From positions 1-7,051 of the forward strand of contig NW_021829016.1 in NCBI RefSeq assembly GCF_006345805.1: a stretch of DNA of 7,051 nucleotides, written 5' to 3'. Numbering within the stretch: position 1 is the stretch's first letter; every line of letters begins with the position of its first letter. Shown piece after piece: positions 6,635 through 7,051 of the stretch. The notes under the pieces were generated by a model. That model saw only the letters and a list, made by a program, of their open reading frames with translations. It ran no database searches and was not told the origin of the DNA. The translations under genes were made by a program, and so were the position numbers. Source of the stretch: Octopus sinensis. Taxonomy: Eukaryota.

Positions 6635-6877
6635 TCAATCCCTACAAGTAGTGCCAAAAAATCGTGTTAACTGGAACGGCTCATGTACTGAGAAGAGTGT
6701 TGTCGCTGTGAAAACAACATCCATTCATGAATTTAGTTATTTATTAATTTTTTAAAAATACATATTTTACCTGTGAATTTGCGTGTGTAATCTGGGAACG
6801 CATAGGATGAGCTTCTCTGCCTTAGGTGTACGGAAAAACACTCGGCGAGAAATGGAAGAAAATTTGAAGAAAGAAGG

Positions 6878-6905
6878 ATAATAATAATAATAATAATAAT
6901 AATAA

Positions 6906-6940
<35 letters not shown>

Positions 6941-6947
6941 CAACAAT
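6878..6947. repeat. (AAT)n/(AAC)n microsatellite
   Basis: Directly visible. Confidence 0.95.
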
Positions 6948-7051
6948 ATTTATTAACTACTACAGGTGAGCATTTGATTTTGATTTAGGTAGAAGACCAA
7001 TTTTGAAATAAGGAATAAGATTTTATCATAGAATATAAAGAATCGGAACAA

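Larger units (their letters stand above)
5516..7051 (+). other. Intron following the Dbx first coding exon (runs off the window)
   Basis: Abrupt drop to AT-rich sequence, stop at 5530-5532, SINEs and microsatellites, and no recognisable Dbx exon 2 or homeodomain sequence. Confidence 0.8.

Noticed and set aside
5703-6755. ORFs at 5703-5942, 5939-6136, 6229-6486 and 6489-6755 with mutually similar peptides (MNSE...DG, TGTY..D..KMK.KVDL)
   Set aside because: The similarity reflects the repeated SINE sequence, not a peptide family. The starts are TTG codons within the reverse-complemented B-box.

Overview
AT-rich, microsatellite-dense eukaryotic DNA, most likely from an octopus, judging by the tRNA-derived SINE family and the repeat landscape (both recalled from memory, not searched). 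The central feature is the first coding exon of a Dbx (developing brain homeobox) family gene at 4099-5515 (+). It is recognised by three short conserved N-terminal motifs (MFNNVLAP, SFLVENLLR, PFLKFGMNAIL) and ends at a perfect AAG|GTAAGT splice donor. The homeodomain exons lie outside the window. About 395 aa of homopolymer-rich sequence (poly-P, A, S, N, G) separate the two eh1-like motifs. The intron opens with four same-orientation, minus-strand SINE copies separated by trinucleotide tracts. The 4 kb upstream holds microsatellites, CA/TG fold-backs, a candidate CCAAT+TATA promoter followed by a splice donor, and uORFs. All other ORFs in the track appear to be repeat or antisense artefacts. 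I found no evidence of a prokaryote-style novel system.
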